A stretch of DNA of 64,000 nucleotides from Nitrosopumilaceae archaeon (GCA_052389415.1 JBQTHX010000018.1:1-64000), one strand, 5' to 3'. Shown: positions 29,469 through 40,030, numbered from the stretch's first letter. Notes: generated by a model not told the origin, from the sequence alone. Made by a program: numbers and translations.

Positions 29469-31241
29469 ATGAGCTCACAGCAGATATCTCCAGTAAAATA
29501 TGCACTTAAGCATCTTAAAAAATATAAGCTAAAATTAGCAGCTGCCATCTTCTGGTCTATTCTTTTTGTAATAATTCCTATGCAGGTGCCTATTCTTACT
29601 GGAGCTTTAATTGATGGCATACATGGAAAGAGTGTAAAATTATACGGACTTGTAGAATTAAATCAATCACAGGAACAAATTCTCAATCTTGCTGTTATAG
29701 GTCTAGTTCTAGTTGCCGCAATTTATGGTGTCACTGCGTATTTTCGTACAACTGCAAGAGCAAAGATAAGTCGGCACTTCATATTTGAGCTTCAAAAAGC
29801 ACTGATTCAAAAATTAGAATTTCTATCCTTAGATATACACGCAAAATACGGATCTGGAGAACTACTAAACAGAACAATAGTTGATACTGGTTCAGTAAGA
29901 CCGTTTGTTGAAGGCACTATAATCAAAGCGTGCACCAACGTTGTTAGAATAACATATCCATTTCTAATACTGTTCATTATGGATCCAATTCTTGCTGCAA
30001 TGTCTTCGTCAATCTTGCCCGTTCAATTCTTACTTACTAGAACTCTACAAAAAAAAGTTCGTAAAGCGTCAAGACATTCTAGAAAAAACAGATCAAAGTT
30101 AACCACCTTCGTAAAGGAAAGTCTTGATGGCATAGAAACAATTCAAACTTCAAATGCCGAAAGATATTCAATTGAGAAAATTTCCCGACAAGCAGAAATG
30201 GTGGAAACCCATCAATTACATACTCAGAAATATTTTGGACTGATGACTGGTCTTGCATGGTCTCTAACTAGTTTAGGACTAGCAATAACATGGTGGCAAG
30301 GTGGACTCAAGGTCATATCAGGAGAAATGACAATAGGCAATCTAATAGTTTTCACAGGGTTTGTACTCTTTATTTATGCCCCCCTGCGCAGATTTACGGA
30401 AGTAATGAAGGATTACCATAAAAGTATAACAGCAGTTGAGAATATTCAAGAAATTCTGGATACACCTTCATCAATTCAGGAATCTCCAGATGCGGTACAA
30501 TTAACAGCGCCACATGGAAAAATAGAACTCCAGAACGTCAGTTTTTCATATGCTGAACGCAAAGTATTGAACAATCTTAACATTACTATCGAAAAAAATA
30601 GCATTACAGCCATAGTAGGTAAAAGTGGTTCAGGGAAGAGCTCTCTTTTAAAATTGATTACAAGACTGTATGATCCCTCGGAGGGACAAATTCTGATTGA
30701 TGGACAGGATATCAAAAAAATCACTCTTCTATCCCTTAGAAAGGCTATCGCAGTTGTTCCTCAGACACCTGTGATCTTTAATGGAACAATACTGGAAAAT
30801 GTCAGATTAGCAAGACCAGAGGCAACAGATCAAGAAGTAATAGAAGCATGCAAATCAGCTGACGCGTTGGAATTTATTCTTAAACTTGATAGGGGATTCA
30901 ACGCAGTTCTAGGAACTGGTGGAACCAATCTTTCTGGAGGACAAGTCCAACGAGTAGCCATAGCAAGAGCCTTACTTAAGAAACCAAGAATACTTTTGCT
31001 GGATGAACCCAGCTCCGCCTTAGATGCTAAATCAGAATCAGCTGTGATAGCAACGTTAGAACATCTAAAAAATAATATGACAATCATATTGGTTGGGCAT
31101 CATCTTAAAGCAATTAGCAGTGCAGACAGATTAATCGTATTAGATGACGGAAAAGTAGTGCAAGAAGGAACTCATAAAGAACTTGTTTCTTCACAGGGAG
31201 TTTACAGTCTCTTGTATTCTTGGGAGGAAAATAAAAATTGA
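29469..31241 (+). CDS. ABC exporter, fused permease/ATP-binding protein
   Basis: Six-TM domain plus GKSGSGKS, LSGGQ and LLLDE. Confidence 0.93.
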   Translation: MSSQQISPVKYALKHLKKYKLKLAAAIFWSILFVIIPMQVPILTGALIDGIHGKSVKLYGLVELNQSQEQILNLAVIGLVLVAAIYGVTAYFRTTARAKISRHFIFELQKALIQKLEFLSLDIHAKYGSGELLNRTIVDTGSVRPFVEGTIIKACTNVVRITYPFLILFIMDPILAAMSSSILPVQFLLTRTLQKKVRKASRHSRKNRSKLTTFVKESLDGIETIQTSNAERYSIEKISRQAEMVETHQLHTQKYFGLMTGLAWSLTSLGLAITWWQGGLKVISGEMTIGNLIVFTGFVLFIYAPLRRFTEVMKDYHKSITAVENIQEILDTPSSIQESPDAVQLTAPHGKIELQNVSFSYAERKVLNNLNITIEKNSITAIVGKSGSGKSSLLKLITRLYDPSEGQILIDGQDIKKITLLSLRKAIAVVPQTPVIFNGTILENVRLARPEATDQEVIEACKSADALEFILKLDRGFNAVLGTGGTNLSGGQVQRVAIARALLKKPRILLLDEPSSALDAKSESAVIATLEHLKNNMTIILVGHHLKAISSADRLIVLDDGKVVQEGTHKELVSSQGVYSLLYSWEENKN

Positions 31242-32575
31242 TTCAACTAGATTCTGTTCTGAAACCTATAGAAAATCACAACTCATCTGAATCTGAAATT
31301 ATTGGTTTTTCAGAAGAGGATAGGCCATTAACCGTTACATACCATGGTAGAAACATAAAATCATCACTTAGGGTTTTTATTATTGCGGGTCAACATGGAG
31401 ACGAAAGATATGGACGTAAAGCCATTGATCGTTTTATTACTTACATGACAGATGGAAAACTAAATTTTCCACTAATGCAGTTTGCAATTTTGTCTAACGC
31501 AAATCCAGACGGTGCGTCAGTAAGGAAACGAGAAAACGCACAGGGGATAGATTTGAATAGAGATCATCAACGTTTGGACAGTAAGGAGAACCGCTGTGTA
31601 CATTCCTTCGTAAGACGATGGAATCCACACATGATTATTGATGTACACAACTACCCTTCAAAAAGGAAACATCTACTAGAAAAAGACATCATGCTATATT
31701 ATGATGTACTTGTAGACGTTCCAACAAATCCAGCTGCCTATTGTATTAAAGAAAAAAGCAAAGCAGAATTCATAAAAAATATTCGTTCAGATCTACGATC
31801 TCATAACATTAATTGTGAAAGATACTTTATTGTAAAGCCATCGGGGAGAGTCAGACATGGTAGCCCTGACATAGTAGACGCTAGAAATTCGCTTTCATTA
31901 AGGTACAACACTTTGACTTTTCTAGTAGAGGGACGAACTTCCACACGAGGAGAAGATAAATCCTACAGGGAACATCTTGTTTCTTCCCAATGCGAAGCGA
32001 TTGCATCAATACTGCGATGGACCCAAACGCAAAGAAGTTCTTTAATGGAAAATCAAAACTCCATTCCTAAAAAAGGAGACAATGTCGCAATTAGTTCGAG
32101 ATATGTAGGAGCTACTCAACCATTTGAAATAAGTTTTAAGAATTTACAAACAAGAAAATTGGACGTTGTTTCACTTGTAAAGTATACGCCCAGCATAAAA
32201 GTTACAAAATATGCTACTTTACCAACTTGTTACGCTATTCCATCAGGTAAGTCCAAGGTCATTGAAATGCTACATAGACATGGATTCGTGTCTGCGCTTT
32301 CTGACTCCCATAAGTTTGAAAATATTCAATATTATAGTATTCAGTCTGTAAAATATTCAACACGCGAAAATAGAGCGCCAAGGAAAATCACTATGTTGAC
32401 AAAATCAGAACAAAGAAGATTAGATAAATTCTTTATTTTCCCCACATCTCAAAGAGGAGGTCACTCGCTTGCAGTCTTTTTGGAGCCTGACTCGAAGTAC
32501 GGACTTCATAGATACGCCGATCTAGATCTGCCAATTATTCCAGATTCACATTATCATATCTTACGAATTATGTGA
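31238..32575 (+). CDS. M14 family zinc carboxypeptidase
   Basis: GQHGDE (HxxE), NPDG, RENAQGIDLNRD, IDVH. No signal peptide. Confidence 0.88.
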   Translation: MIQLDSVLKPIENHNSSESEIIGFSEEDRPLTVTYHGRNIKSSLRVFIIAGQHGDERYGRKAIDRFITYMTDGKLNFPLMQFAILSNANPDGASVRKRENAQGIDLNRDHQRLDSKENRCVHSFVRRWNPHMIIDVHNYPSKRKHLLEKDIMLYYDVLVDVPTNPAAYCIKEKSKAEFIKNIRSDLRSHNINCERYFIVKPSGRVRHGSPDIVDARNSLSLRYNTLTFLVEGRTSTRGEDKSYREHLVSSQCEAIASILRWTQTQRSSLMENQNSIPKKGDNVAISSRYVGATQPFEISFKNLQTRKLDVVSLVKYTPSIKVTKYATLPTCYAIPSGKSKVIEMLHRHGFVSALSDSHKFENIQYYSIQSVKYSTRENRAPRKITMLTKSEQRRLDKFFIFPTSQRGGHSLAVFLEPDSKYGLHRYADLDLPIIPDSHYHILRIM

Positions 32576-32670
32576 CCATCATGTGGATACACACTTCAAG
32601 TTCAGCCTTGATGACACGTAGTCTTTAGAATTTTTGATACTATCATACAATTGAAAAAATTCGCTAATTT

Positions 32671-32683
32671 GTTCGCCTTTCAA
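32671..32683. repeat. attR core (GTTCGCCTTTCAA)
   Basis: Identical to 20982-20994. Begins 1 nt after the DUF47 stop codon on the minus strand. Confidence 0.85.
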
Positions 32684-32684
32684 G

Positions 32685-33338
32685 TTATAGGCTTAGGGCT
32701 AAAGAAATAAAGGAATCAGAGGCTTCAAGACATTTATCGGCCATTTCCTCCACTCCGCCTATGATGTCTTTTAAAAGTAACAATTCTTTGGTAATTGTAA
32801 TCTCATCTAAGACCTTGATCGTTAGGTCACGATATTTATCATCCACATTACGTTCTATTTTTTGAGTTTCATGAGCAAGCTCTATGGCTCCTGATGGATT
32901 AGTATTCAGTGCACGAACAATTTCATTCAGCTTGTAAATTTCATCTACTACTAGATCAATTAATTCTGTAATGTCTTTGTCAAGTTTACTTTTCTTCAAA
33001 GTAGAAGCCTTGATATTTGAAAGTTTGAATGCTATGCCGTTGATATATCCTGAAATTTCATCCATTGTATATGCTGTTCGCAAGATATTTTCCCTATTCA
33101 TCATCAAGCCTCCTACTTCAGCAATCTCTCTTGTTATCTTTCGGCGCAGAGCTTCTACTTCATCTTCTGTGCTGCGCATTCGTTCAAGGGATGCTTTTAT
33201 CTCGGTTTTATCTCCTTTTATAATAAGGGCAGGTAATGCAGAGAGATCTCTTACTGCGTTAAGAATTCTGTTAATTTCATCTTGCAAAACTGCAATCGCT
33301 TTTCGCTTTGCTTGAACTTCTAATTCTCCGCTGTACAT
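32685..33338 (-). CDS. DUF47/PhoU-like phosphate transport regulator
   Basis: Two helical repeats (E...E.LRR.I; IE..VDD.YR; EEMAD). Confidence 0.85.
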   Translation of the reverse strand: MYSGELEVQAKRKAIAVLQDEINRILNAVRDLSALPALIIKGDKTEIKASLERMRSTEDEVEALRRKITREIAEVGGLMMNRENILRTAYTMDEISGYINGIAFKLSNIKASTLKKSKLDKDITELIDLVVDEIYKLNEIVRALNTNPSGAIELAHETQKIERNVDDKYRDLTIKVLDEITITKELLLLKDIIGGVEEMADKCLEASDSFISLALSL

Positions 33339-33413
33339 GTAAGGCTTTAAAGTATTTGCAGAGACTAATAATCCTTACGTGGAGTTTTCCTAAATCATTT
33401 TTAGATTATTGTC

Positions 33414-35186
33414 TTAAATGTAATTCTGTCTTTCTTCTTGAATTGATCTTTTTTGTCCGTTGTAAAGTGAGATGACCTCTTCATCTGTTGTTGCATTCTC
33501 TGGAGTTTTTTCAAGCCTAATCTTGCCTGTAAATTTTGGAAATCTAAGAGCAAGACCACTCCCTTTTCTTATCCTATCTATTGCTGTTTTGTGGATAGGA
33601 CTAAGGGTTATTTCCGATGCTACAATCTCAATCACCACTTCAGGTTCAAACCATACATCAGCGTCAAGTCCGCTGTTTATTCTAGGATTTTTTTTCAAAG
33701 TTATTCTGCTAGAAAGTATCTGAAAGAATTGATCAAGATTTTCATCTGTAAATCCGGTGCCAACTTTGCAAATACTTGGATAGGTGTCAGTTTTATCATC
33801 ATACGTGGCAAGTAATAATGCACCATATCTTCCAGTCCTTCTGCCGCGTCCAAAAAACGCACCTACTACAACAAGATCTAAACTGTCTCCTAGCTCATTC
33901 CTGTATTCCCGTTTTAGCTTAAGCCAGTTATTTCCTCTGGCACCAGCTCTGTAGGGGGCATCGAGTTGCTTTAACATTAATCCCTCACATCCTGCATTAA
34001 TTGCATTTTCTAATGCATCTTCAACGTCATTATCTGATTTTACTAATGTCATTGGCATGACTTTGGCAAACTCGTCTTCTCTGACAATTTTTTCAAGTAT
34101 CTTTCGTCGCTCTTTGTATGGCAAGTCAAGACAGCTTTTACCATCAATAAATAAAATATCAAAAAAGTTTACGGTGATGGGATATTGTGAAACTGCCTTT
34201 GCAATATTGTATTTTCTTCTACGATGCATTAGTTCTTGAAACGCTAGAAACTCGCCTGTGTTATCATTGATTGCAACAGCCTCTACTTCCAATATTGCTT
34301 CATTTGCATCAAGGGATTTGCTAATCCTCTCAACTATGTCAGGGTAATAACTTGTAATATTTTCAAGACTTCGAGAATAAAGTAGAATCTTCTCTGCTTT
34401 TATGTGAATCTGCACTCGTTCTCCATCAAGCTTGTATTCTGCCGCAAACTCCTCGCCCATCTTCTCATGAGCTTCTTGTGGACTTTTTACGCGCTCTGCT
34501 AACATTGGTCTGATGGGATTAAAAACTGAAACTTGGAAATTCTTAATAGAATCAATTCCGTCTTTTGCAAGGGTTGCAGAAATTTTTCCTAAATCGCTTG
34601 ACACGTTATATGCTTGTTCAAGCAGTAGTCTATTTTCCTTTGAACCAGTAAAAGCAATTGAAAGTGAATCAAGTAGCGTGTAATCAGCAATTCCTAAACG
34701 CAGAGAATTGGTAATTATTTTGAGAATAAATCCTGCCTCTATAGGACTTGCATCATTTAACAGACTTGAAATATACTTTAATTTCATATCCTGTGAGCGT
34801 ATTCCTTTAAGTTCCGCAATTTTGAATAAAGTTTCATAAACTCTTTCCACAGTGATATCTTCTTTAACGAACGTGGTCTGTATTTTTTGTTTCAATATGT
34901 TTGCAGCAGCTTGGCCTAAATCACCACTTTCATGATACGCATTTTCAATTTTTTTGATTGGAATTCCTGCAGATTTTGATATTGCTTTTATGGCAATTTT
35001 TTCTGCAACGCCTAACTCTATTCCCTCATGATCTGGTTTTAGTTTTCCTTGCAATAGATACACAACACTTGAAATTACTTCAGGTGGAGTTTTTTTGAAT
35101 AAATCTACAAGATATTGTGTTAACTCTAGTCTTTTTGTCGTAGTCTCCATTATTTTTAGCGTTTCTGCTACAAGAGAAAACTTCAT
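33414..35186 (-). CDS. lig: ATP-dependent DNA ligase
   Basis: EYKLDGER, EGLMLK, WLKLK, LRFPKF. Confidence 0.97.
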   Translation of the reverse strand: MKFSLVAETLKIMETTTKRLELTQYLVDLFKKTPPEVISSVVYLLQGKLKPDHEGIELGVAEKIAIKAISKSAGIPIKKIENAYHESGDLGQAAANILKQKIQTTFVKEDITVERVYETLFKIAELKGIRSQDMKLKYISSLLNDASPIEAGFILKIITNSLRLGIADYTLLDSLSIAFTGSKENRLLLEQAYNVSSDLGKISATLAKDGIDSIKNFQVSVFNPIRPMLAERVKSPQEAHEKMGEEFAAEYKLDGERVQIHIKAEKILLYSRSLENITSYYPDIVERISKSLDANEAILEVEAVAINDNTGEFLAFQELMHRRRKYNIAKAVSQYPITVNFFDILFIDGKSCLDLPYKERRKILEKIVREDEFAKVMPMTLVKSDNDVEDALENAINAGCEGLMLKQLDAPYRAGARGNNWLKLKREYRNELGDSLDLVVVGAFFGRGRRTGRYGALLLATYDDKTDTYPSICKVGTGFTDENLDQFFQILSSRITLKKNPRINSGLDADVWFEPEVVIEIVASEITLSPIHKTAIDRIRKGSGLALRFPKFTGKIRLEKTPENATTDEEVISLYNGQKRSIQEERQNYI

Positions 35187-35223
35187 TGAAGAAACTCAAC
35201 AGCTTCTGGAATAAAAGCTTGAG

Positions 35224-35517
35224 TTATTTCATCTTAAGGTGAGACTTGATACTTAACCAAATCTCTGGGGTTCTGTTAAAAAGTATGGAATGAAAACCTG
35301 AAATTTCATCATCATTCAAAAATCTTTTATTTCTTCTTAAGAATCCATCAAAGAAAACTCCAGATATGTATCCAACGTATAACCCAAAGGCAAAATCTGG
35401 AAGTGTCGCACTGGTAGGAGCAAGAGGTTTTGCTTCATTTAAAACCACACGCGGGTAATCAAGGGTATACGTTATGACCTCGTTTAGATTTTTTTCCTCG
35501 ATCATGTCTAATCCCAT
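35224..35517 (-). CDS. Hypothetical protein
   Basis: 97-aa ORF codirectional with lig. Confidence 0.55.
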   Translation of the reverse strand: MGLDMIEEKNLNEVITYTLDYPRVVLNEAKPLAPTSATLPDFAFGLYVGYISGVFFDGFLRRNKRFLNDDEISGFHSILFNRTPEIWLSIKSHLKMK

Positions 35518-35597
35518 AACGAAAACCAGTGACCCAAATATTTAGGATTTTGCAGAAATTCTTGTCGTTTATAAATAGGAATTTGAAAAACTTTAGC

Positions 35598-35912
35598 ATG
35601 GGTGGAGCAAAAAAACAATCTCCTGCACAAGCAGAAAAATCACAGCAGGCAGAAGCTGCAAAAAAGGATGGTCGTCAAAAGAAAGGAGACAAGAAGGAAC
35701 AAAAATCAAAATCAGCGATATCTGTAATAATTGACGAAAACCAAGCCATGAATTTTATCAAAGGTGCGAAAGTCTTTACAGTACAGGAAATTGCGCGACA
35801 AGAAGGCGTGAAAATATCTGCGGCAAATGCATTCTTACTAAAATTATTGAAAAATGGAATTGTCAAAAGAACTGGCGGCTATAGCGGTCATCATGTCTAT
35901 ACTGCCGCTTGA
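35598..35912 (+). CDS. rps25e: 30S ribosomal protein S25e
   Basis: MGGAKK basic N-terminus plus winged-helix C-terminus. ATG at 35598. Confidence 0.8.
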   Translation: MGGAKKQSPAQAEKSQQAEAAKKDGRQKKGDKKEQKSKSAISVIIDENQAMNFIKGAKVFTVQEIARQEGVKISAANAFLLKLLKNGIVKRTGGYSGHHVYTAA

Positions 35913-36289
35913 GTTACAATAAATACATCACCAGGTTTTACATTGTTTAATTCATCTACATTGGATATGATCATGCCAATAGGAGTCAACGGTTTTGTAG
36001 AACCAATCTCATTTATAAAAAAGCAGATTGATCCTGTTGATTGCATGAAAGCAATTTCGCCTTTTTTGAATTGACTTCGCTGCCTTTCTCCACCGACATT
36101 TATCCTAGTTTCTAAGTATACAAAGCTGTTTTCAACTCTGTGTGCATTTCCTTCAAGTGGCAAGGATCTAATTATGGTTCCAACAGTCTTTGGAGCCAGA
36201 TGACGTTTTAACTCACATCTAAATTGCGATTTGTCTTTAATTTGTAAATAAATCTCAATTCTTGAAACAGATCCTGCACTCATTTTCAA
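35897..36289 (-). CDS. Cyclophilin-like fold protein
   Basis: AP.TV..I...LP, KGEIAF...GSICFF. Confidence 0.7.
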   Translation of the reverse strand: MKMSAGSVSRIEIYLQIKDKSQFRCELKRHLAPKTVGTIIRSLPLEGNAHRVENSFVYLETRINVGGERQRSQFKKGEIAFMQSTGSICFFINEIGSTKPLTPIGMIISNVDELNNVKPGDVFIVTQAAV

Positions 36290-36335
36290 GAGAGGGGTTT
36301 ATGAATTATATAACGTTTGTTTAGACCAAATACCA

Positions 36336-36845
36336 ATGTCTGAAGAACCAGAAGAGATTATTTCAGAAACTGAAGAGGTTCCCGTAGAGGTCGAACCAGA
36401 AGAGCCAGTTGTTGTAGAGGAATCGGTAGATAGTGAAGAAATACTAGAAGAAGGAGAAGAACCAACAAAGGTAAAAAAGCTCAAAAAAGGTGAACTATCT
36501 CCAGAGGAGCTTGCCGAACGACAACGACTGCAAAAAATTATTGATGCAAGAGAAATTATTGAAATTGATCCTGTCCATGAACCTATTGAATATGAAACAA
36601 CCGGTAAAGGCAAGATAATGATCGGCCCTCCCACTTTGACTAGATTCGAAAAAGCAAGAATAATGGGAGCCAGGGCTTTGCAACTTTCACTAGGAGCTCC
36701 TCCTTTCATCTCAGTCCCAAAAGAAGTAGCTACATCACTTGACTTGGCATATGCAGAACTTGAAAAACGAGTGATACCTATTACCATACGACGGGTGTTG
36801 CCAAATGGTGACTTTCAAAATATTCCAATTGATCTGTTCAACTAA
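36336..36845 (+). CDS. rpoK: DNA-directed RNA polymerase subunit K (Rpo6) with acidic N-terminal extension
   Basis: LTRFEKARIMGARALQLSLGAP...IPITIRRVLPNG. Confidence 0.95.
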   Translation: MSEEPEEIISETEEVPVEVEPEEPVVVEESVDSEEILEEGEEPTKVKKLKKGELSPEELAERQRLQKIIDAREIIEIDPVHEPIEYETTGKGKIMIGPPTLTRFEKARIMGARALQLSLGAPPFISVPKEVATSLDLAYAELEKRVIPITIRRVLPNGDFQNIPIDLFN

Positions 36846-36897
36846 TGGACCAATCATCGATAAAACTTAATAGAATGCAAAATTTTGTGTGATATGA

Positions 36898-37233
36898 TTG
36901 AGTATTGTGAGTGTGGAAGATGTCAAGACACAACTGACTAACGATGCCTCATTTTCAAATAAAGAAAGGATTTTCTTGATTCAAAGACAACCAATAATGG
37001 AATGTGCGGTAGATATTTTGACTGTACTTGGAAGCATAGGTCGTGTTGTGTTAAAGGCTAAAGGAGAGGACATTCCTACTGCAGTGGGAGTAGCAAACGT
37101 AATAACCGAAAAAATGATGAAAGGAATATCAGAAGTAAAGGATATAGTTATTGACAGCGAGAATGGTGCTGGAAAATATGGGATGACGCTTGTTTCAACG
37201 ATAGAGATTGTTCTTACAAAGAAAACAAATTAA
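36898..37233 (+). CDS. Alba-family DNA/RNA-binding protein
   Basis: VVLKAKG..I.TAV.VA...VSTIEIVL. Confidence 0.8.
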   Translation: MSIVSVEDVKTQLTNDASFSNKERIFLIQRQPIMECAVDILTVLGSIGRVVLKAKGEDIPTAVGVANVITEKMMKGISEVKDIVIDSENGAGKYGMTLVSTIEIVLTKKTN

Positions 37234-37646
37234 AAAGTTGTGCCTGGGCCTTTGAGAAGCATGTTCTCACATTCTTTGCATACTGCTTCATCGATGTTTG
37301 TCTCTAAATTGTGGTGTATGTCGCAAATCAAAAGACTTGATTTGATGTAATTACACAACCCGATGAATTTTGAAAGACTTGCAGGAGTATATGCCATATT
37401 GGTTGAAAGGTTGCTGGCGATTTCATCAATCATGTCTGATACTTCTTTAATAGAAAGAAGTTTGGTTATTAATTCTGGATTCCCTCTTGTTCCTCTAATG
37501 TAATTACTTATTGCGGCCTGTGTTACTCCAAGCATTTTTGATATGTCTTCTTCTTGGATGTTGTATAATTCCATTAATTTTTTGGCCAAGATTGCTCGCA
37601 AAGCTGGAATAAGTGTTTTAGTTTCTATCTCTGCTGGAAGCAACAT
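37230..37646 (-). CDS. HTH transcriptional regulator
   Basis: P.E......PALRA.LA, LGVTQAAISNY..G.RG, Cys/His cluster. Confidence 0.85.
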   Translation of the reverse strand: MLLPAEIETKTLIPALRAILAKKLMELYNIQEEDISKMLGVTQAAISNYIRGTRGNPELITKLLSIKEVSDMIDEIASNLSTNMAYTPASLSKFIGLCNYIKSSLLICDIHHNLETNIDEAVCKECENMLLKGPGTTF

Positions 37647-37774
37647 GAAAAAACTAGGCCTTGAAAATATTTAAACCTACCAATAAGCTTGACCTAAGTT
37701 TCTAGAATGATTTTTTCACTCACATCTGTTCCTATGTTAGATAACTTATTTTATCAACTTCATCATATCCGTGA

Positions 37775-38725
37775 ATGTTGAAAAAGATTTTTGCAGATCT
37801 AACGAAACTCATATCGGAGGAAGTATTATCATGTACGTCTGATTGTATCGCTCTTTCTGGGGGATTAGATAGTTCTATTCTTGCGAGCAATCTAAAAAAA
37901 AATACAAAGGCAATTGTGGTTGTAACTAAAGATTTTCCATCGTCAGATCTGGTTTTTTCACAGTTAGTTGCTAAAGAATTTGACTTACAACTAGTCATAA
38001 AAAAAGCAACAATTAATGATCTAATGTATTCTATCGAGGAAACAATAAAGATCTTGAAAAATTTCAACAATATAGAAATACGAAATTCTATAGTCTTGTT
38101 TATTGCAATAATGACGGCAAAAGAAAATGGATGTACAAGTATCATCACGGGTGATGGCTGCGATGAATTGTTTGCAGGCTATAGCTTTTTTTTAAAAAAA
38201 AATGACACTGAGTTACAAAAAGATTTGGAAAGGATATGGGAAATAATGCATTTTCCATCACAACAGATAGGTAATGCGTTAGGTATGGACATTGAATCTC
38301 CATTTCTCAATGAAAAAGTTGCAAATTATGCAAAATCTATAAGTGCAGATCTAAAAGTTCACAATGAAAATAATAAAAAATATGGAAAATGGATCCTAAG
38401 AAAAGCATATGAAAATATTATTCCCGAATCGATTCTTTGGAGAGAAAAATCTCCAATGCAAAACGGTTCAGGAACAAATAGTCTGACAGAATTTTTTGAA
38501 AACAGTATTAGCAATGGAACATTTGAGTCAAAAAGAAGATCATATCAGAAAAAAGACAAGGTGAAGCTAAATTCCAAGGAATCATTATACTATTATGAGA
38601 TATATAGAAAATTCTTTGATCCTCCTCATCTAACTGGATCTTCAACGTATAGGTGTCCCGATTGTCAAGCCGTTATATCAAAAAACTTTCATTTTTGCCG
38701 TATGTGCGGCAGCTTTCCCATCTAG
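37775..38725 (+). CDS. Asparagine synthase C-terminal-domain protein
   Basis: LSGGLDSS, TGDGCDELFAGY, KWILR, C-terminal Zn ribbon. Confidence 0.85.
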   Translation: MLKKIFADLTKLISEEVLSCTSDCIALSGGLDSSILASNLKKNTKAIVVVTKDFPSSDLVFSQLVAKEFDLQLVIKKATINDLMYSIEETIKILKNFNNIEIRNSIVLFIAIMTAKENGCTSIITGDGCDELFAGYSFFLKKNDTELQKDLERIWEIMHFPSQQIGNALGMDIESPFLNEKVANYAKSISADLKVHNENNKKYGKWILRKAYENIIPESILWREKSPMQNGSGTNSLTEFFENSISNGTFESKRRSYQKKDKVKLNSKESLYYYEIYRKFFDPPHLTGSSTYRCPDCQAVISKNFHFCRMCGSFPI

Positions 38726-38902
38726 TCTTTTTTCCATTTGTTTGGTTTTTTAACAAAAATTCGTTTGCATCCATGACAACAAAAATAGTATTTTTTCCCC
38801 TCAAATTCATGAACTAGTGCTAAACTCTCATCAAGCTCTATTCCACAAACGGGATCCACTGGCATACGACAATGCAATGTTGGTTTCTATTTATTCCTTG
38901 CA

Positions 38903-40006
38903 TTATGAAGTAAGCTTTGTAACAAGTTGATTAAATTCTAAATCACTCATTGGTGGAACTTTGACTAGCTCAAGGTTCTCCTCAACATGAGAATTTGATT
39001 TTTGACCAACTAGTGGAGCTATTATTCCGGGTGTTGATCTAACAAACTGAATGGCACGATGTACAGGTTTCAAACTGCCAAACTCTGGAATTACATTTGG
39101 ACCAAGAAGTTTTGTTTGCATAAGAGGTACACTTGCAAAAACCCCCACTCCAAAATATCTTGAAGCATCCAATATGGAATTTTCTTTTCCATTGGCATTT
39201 TGATTCTTCATTGTTAATGCCTGATCAAGATACATGTTATATGGAAGTTGGATGAACTTGAATCCATTTTCTTTTCCGCCTGCTACTTTTGCAAGTTGTA
39301 ATACGTCTGATAAATTTAGATACTGGGGATGTTCCTTTGGCACCCTAAAACAATCCCATGTTGCCATTCCATAATATCTGATTGTGCCTTTTTTTCTTTG
39401 TTCTTCATAAAACTCGAAAACTAGTTTGAGATTCTTAATAAACACTTCTTTTGAAATATCTTGCAATTGACCTTCAGCCGCATTATGAAGATACATCAAG
39501 TCAATACAATCAAAATCAAGATTTTTCAGACTTGTTTTAAGCTGATTTTCAAGATATGGTATAGTCATGCAGTGATATCCTGATGAGATATCCTCTGGCT
39601 TGATTGTTCCTGTTTTGATCAAGATGTTGTTGACATATTGCCAGAATTCCTCTCTTACATCGCCATCATTGGTAATGTACCCATTTTTTGTACTGACAAA
39701 CAGCTCTTCTCTTTTTATTTTGTCTTCCTCAATTAGTTCAGAAATGGCTTTTCCCACAGATCTTTCGGCTTTTTGAGCTCGATAGTTTATTGCGGTATCT
39801 ATTACATTTATCCCTGATAACACTGATTTTTTAATTGCTTCTTTTACAAGGCGATCTGTTGTATCATCTATATTTCCAAGATATGTGCCAATTCCTAAAG
39901 ATGATAAAGTTAGTCCTGCAAATTGCCGAAAGTGGTTTTCTCCTACAGCATGATTTTTGTTTGCAAAGTTTGTTGTTCCATCATCAGTTACATGCCCTGA
40001 AATCAT
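38903..40006 (-). CDS. Aldo/keto reductase
   Basis: GIGT, IDTAINY, STK, IDLMYLHN. Confidence 0.9.
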   Translation of the reverse strand: MISGHVTDDGTTNFANKNHAVGENHFRQFAGLTLSSLGIGTYLGNIDDTTDRLVKEAIKKSVLSGINVIDTAINYRAQKAERSVGKAISELIEEDKIKREELFVSTKNGYITNDGDVREEFWQYVNNILIKTGTIKPEDISSGYHCMTIPYLENQLKTSLKNLDFDCIDLMYLHNAAEGQLQDISKEVFIKNLKLVFEFYEEQRKKGTIRYYGMATWDCFRVPKEHPQYLNLSDVLQLAKVAGGKENGFKFIQLPYNMYLDQALTMKNQNANGKENSILDASRYFGVGVFASVPLMQTKLLGPNVIPEFGSLKPVHRAIQFVRSTPGIIAPLVGQKSNSHVEENLELVKVPPMSDLEFNQLVTKLTS

Positions 40007-40030
40007 GATGTGATTTTTTATTTACTCGAT

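Larger units (their letters stand above)
20982..32683. mobile_element. 11.7-kb integrative element (tyrosine-integrase defence/cargo island) inserted at the endA start
   Basis: Perfect 13-bp direct repeat GTTCGCCTTTCAA at 20982-20994 and 32671-32683, integrase immediately inside the left end, non-housekeeping cargo, housekeeping genes on both sides. Confidence 0.85.

Noticed and set aside
32579-32683. 34-aa minus-strand ORF starting at the attR TTG
   Set aside because: A by-product of duplicating the endA start, with no recognisable features.
36336-36600. Acidic N-terminal extension of Rpo6
   Set aside because: Resembles the known RPB6-type extension, so it is not considered novel.
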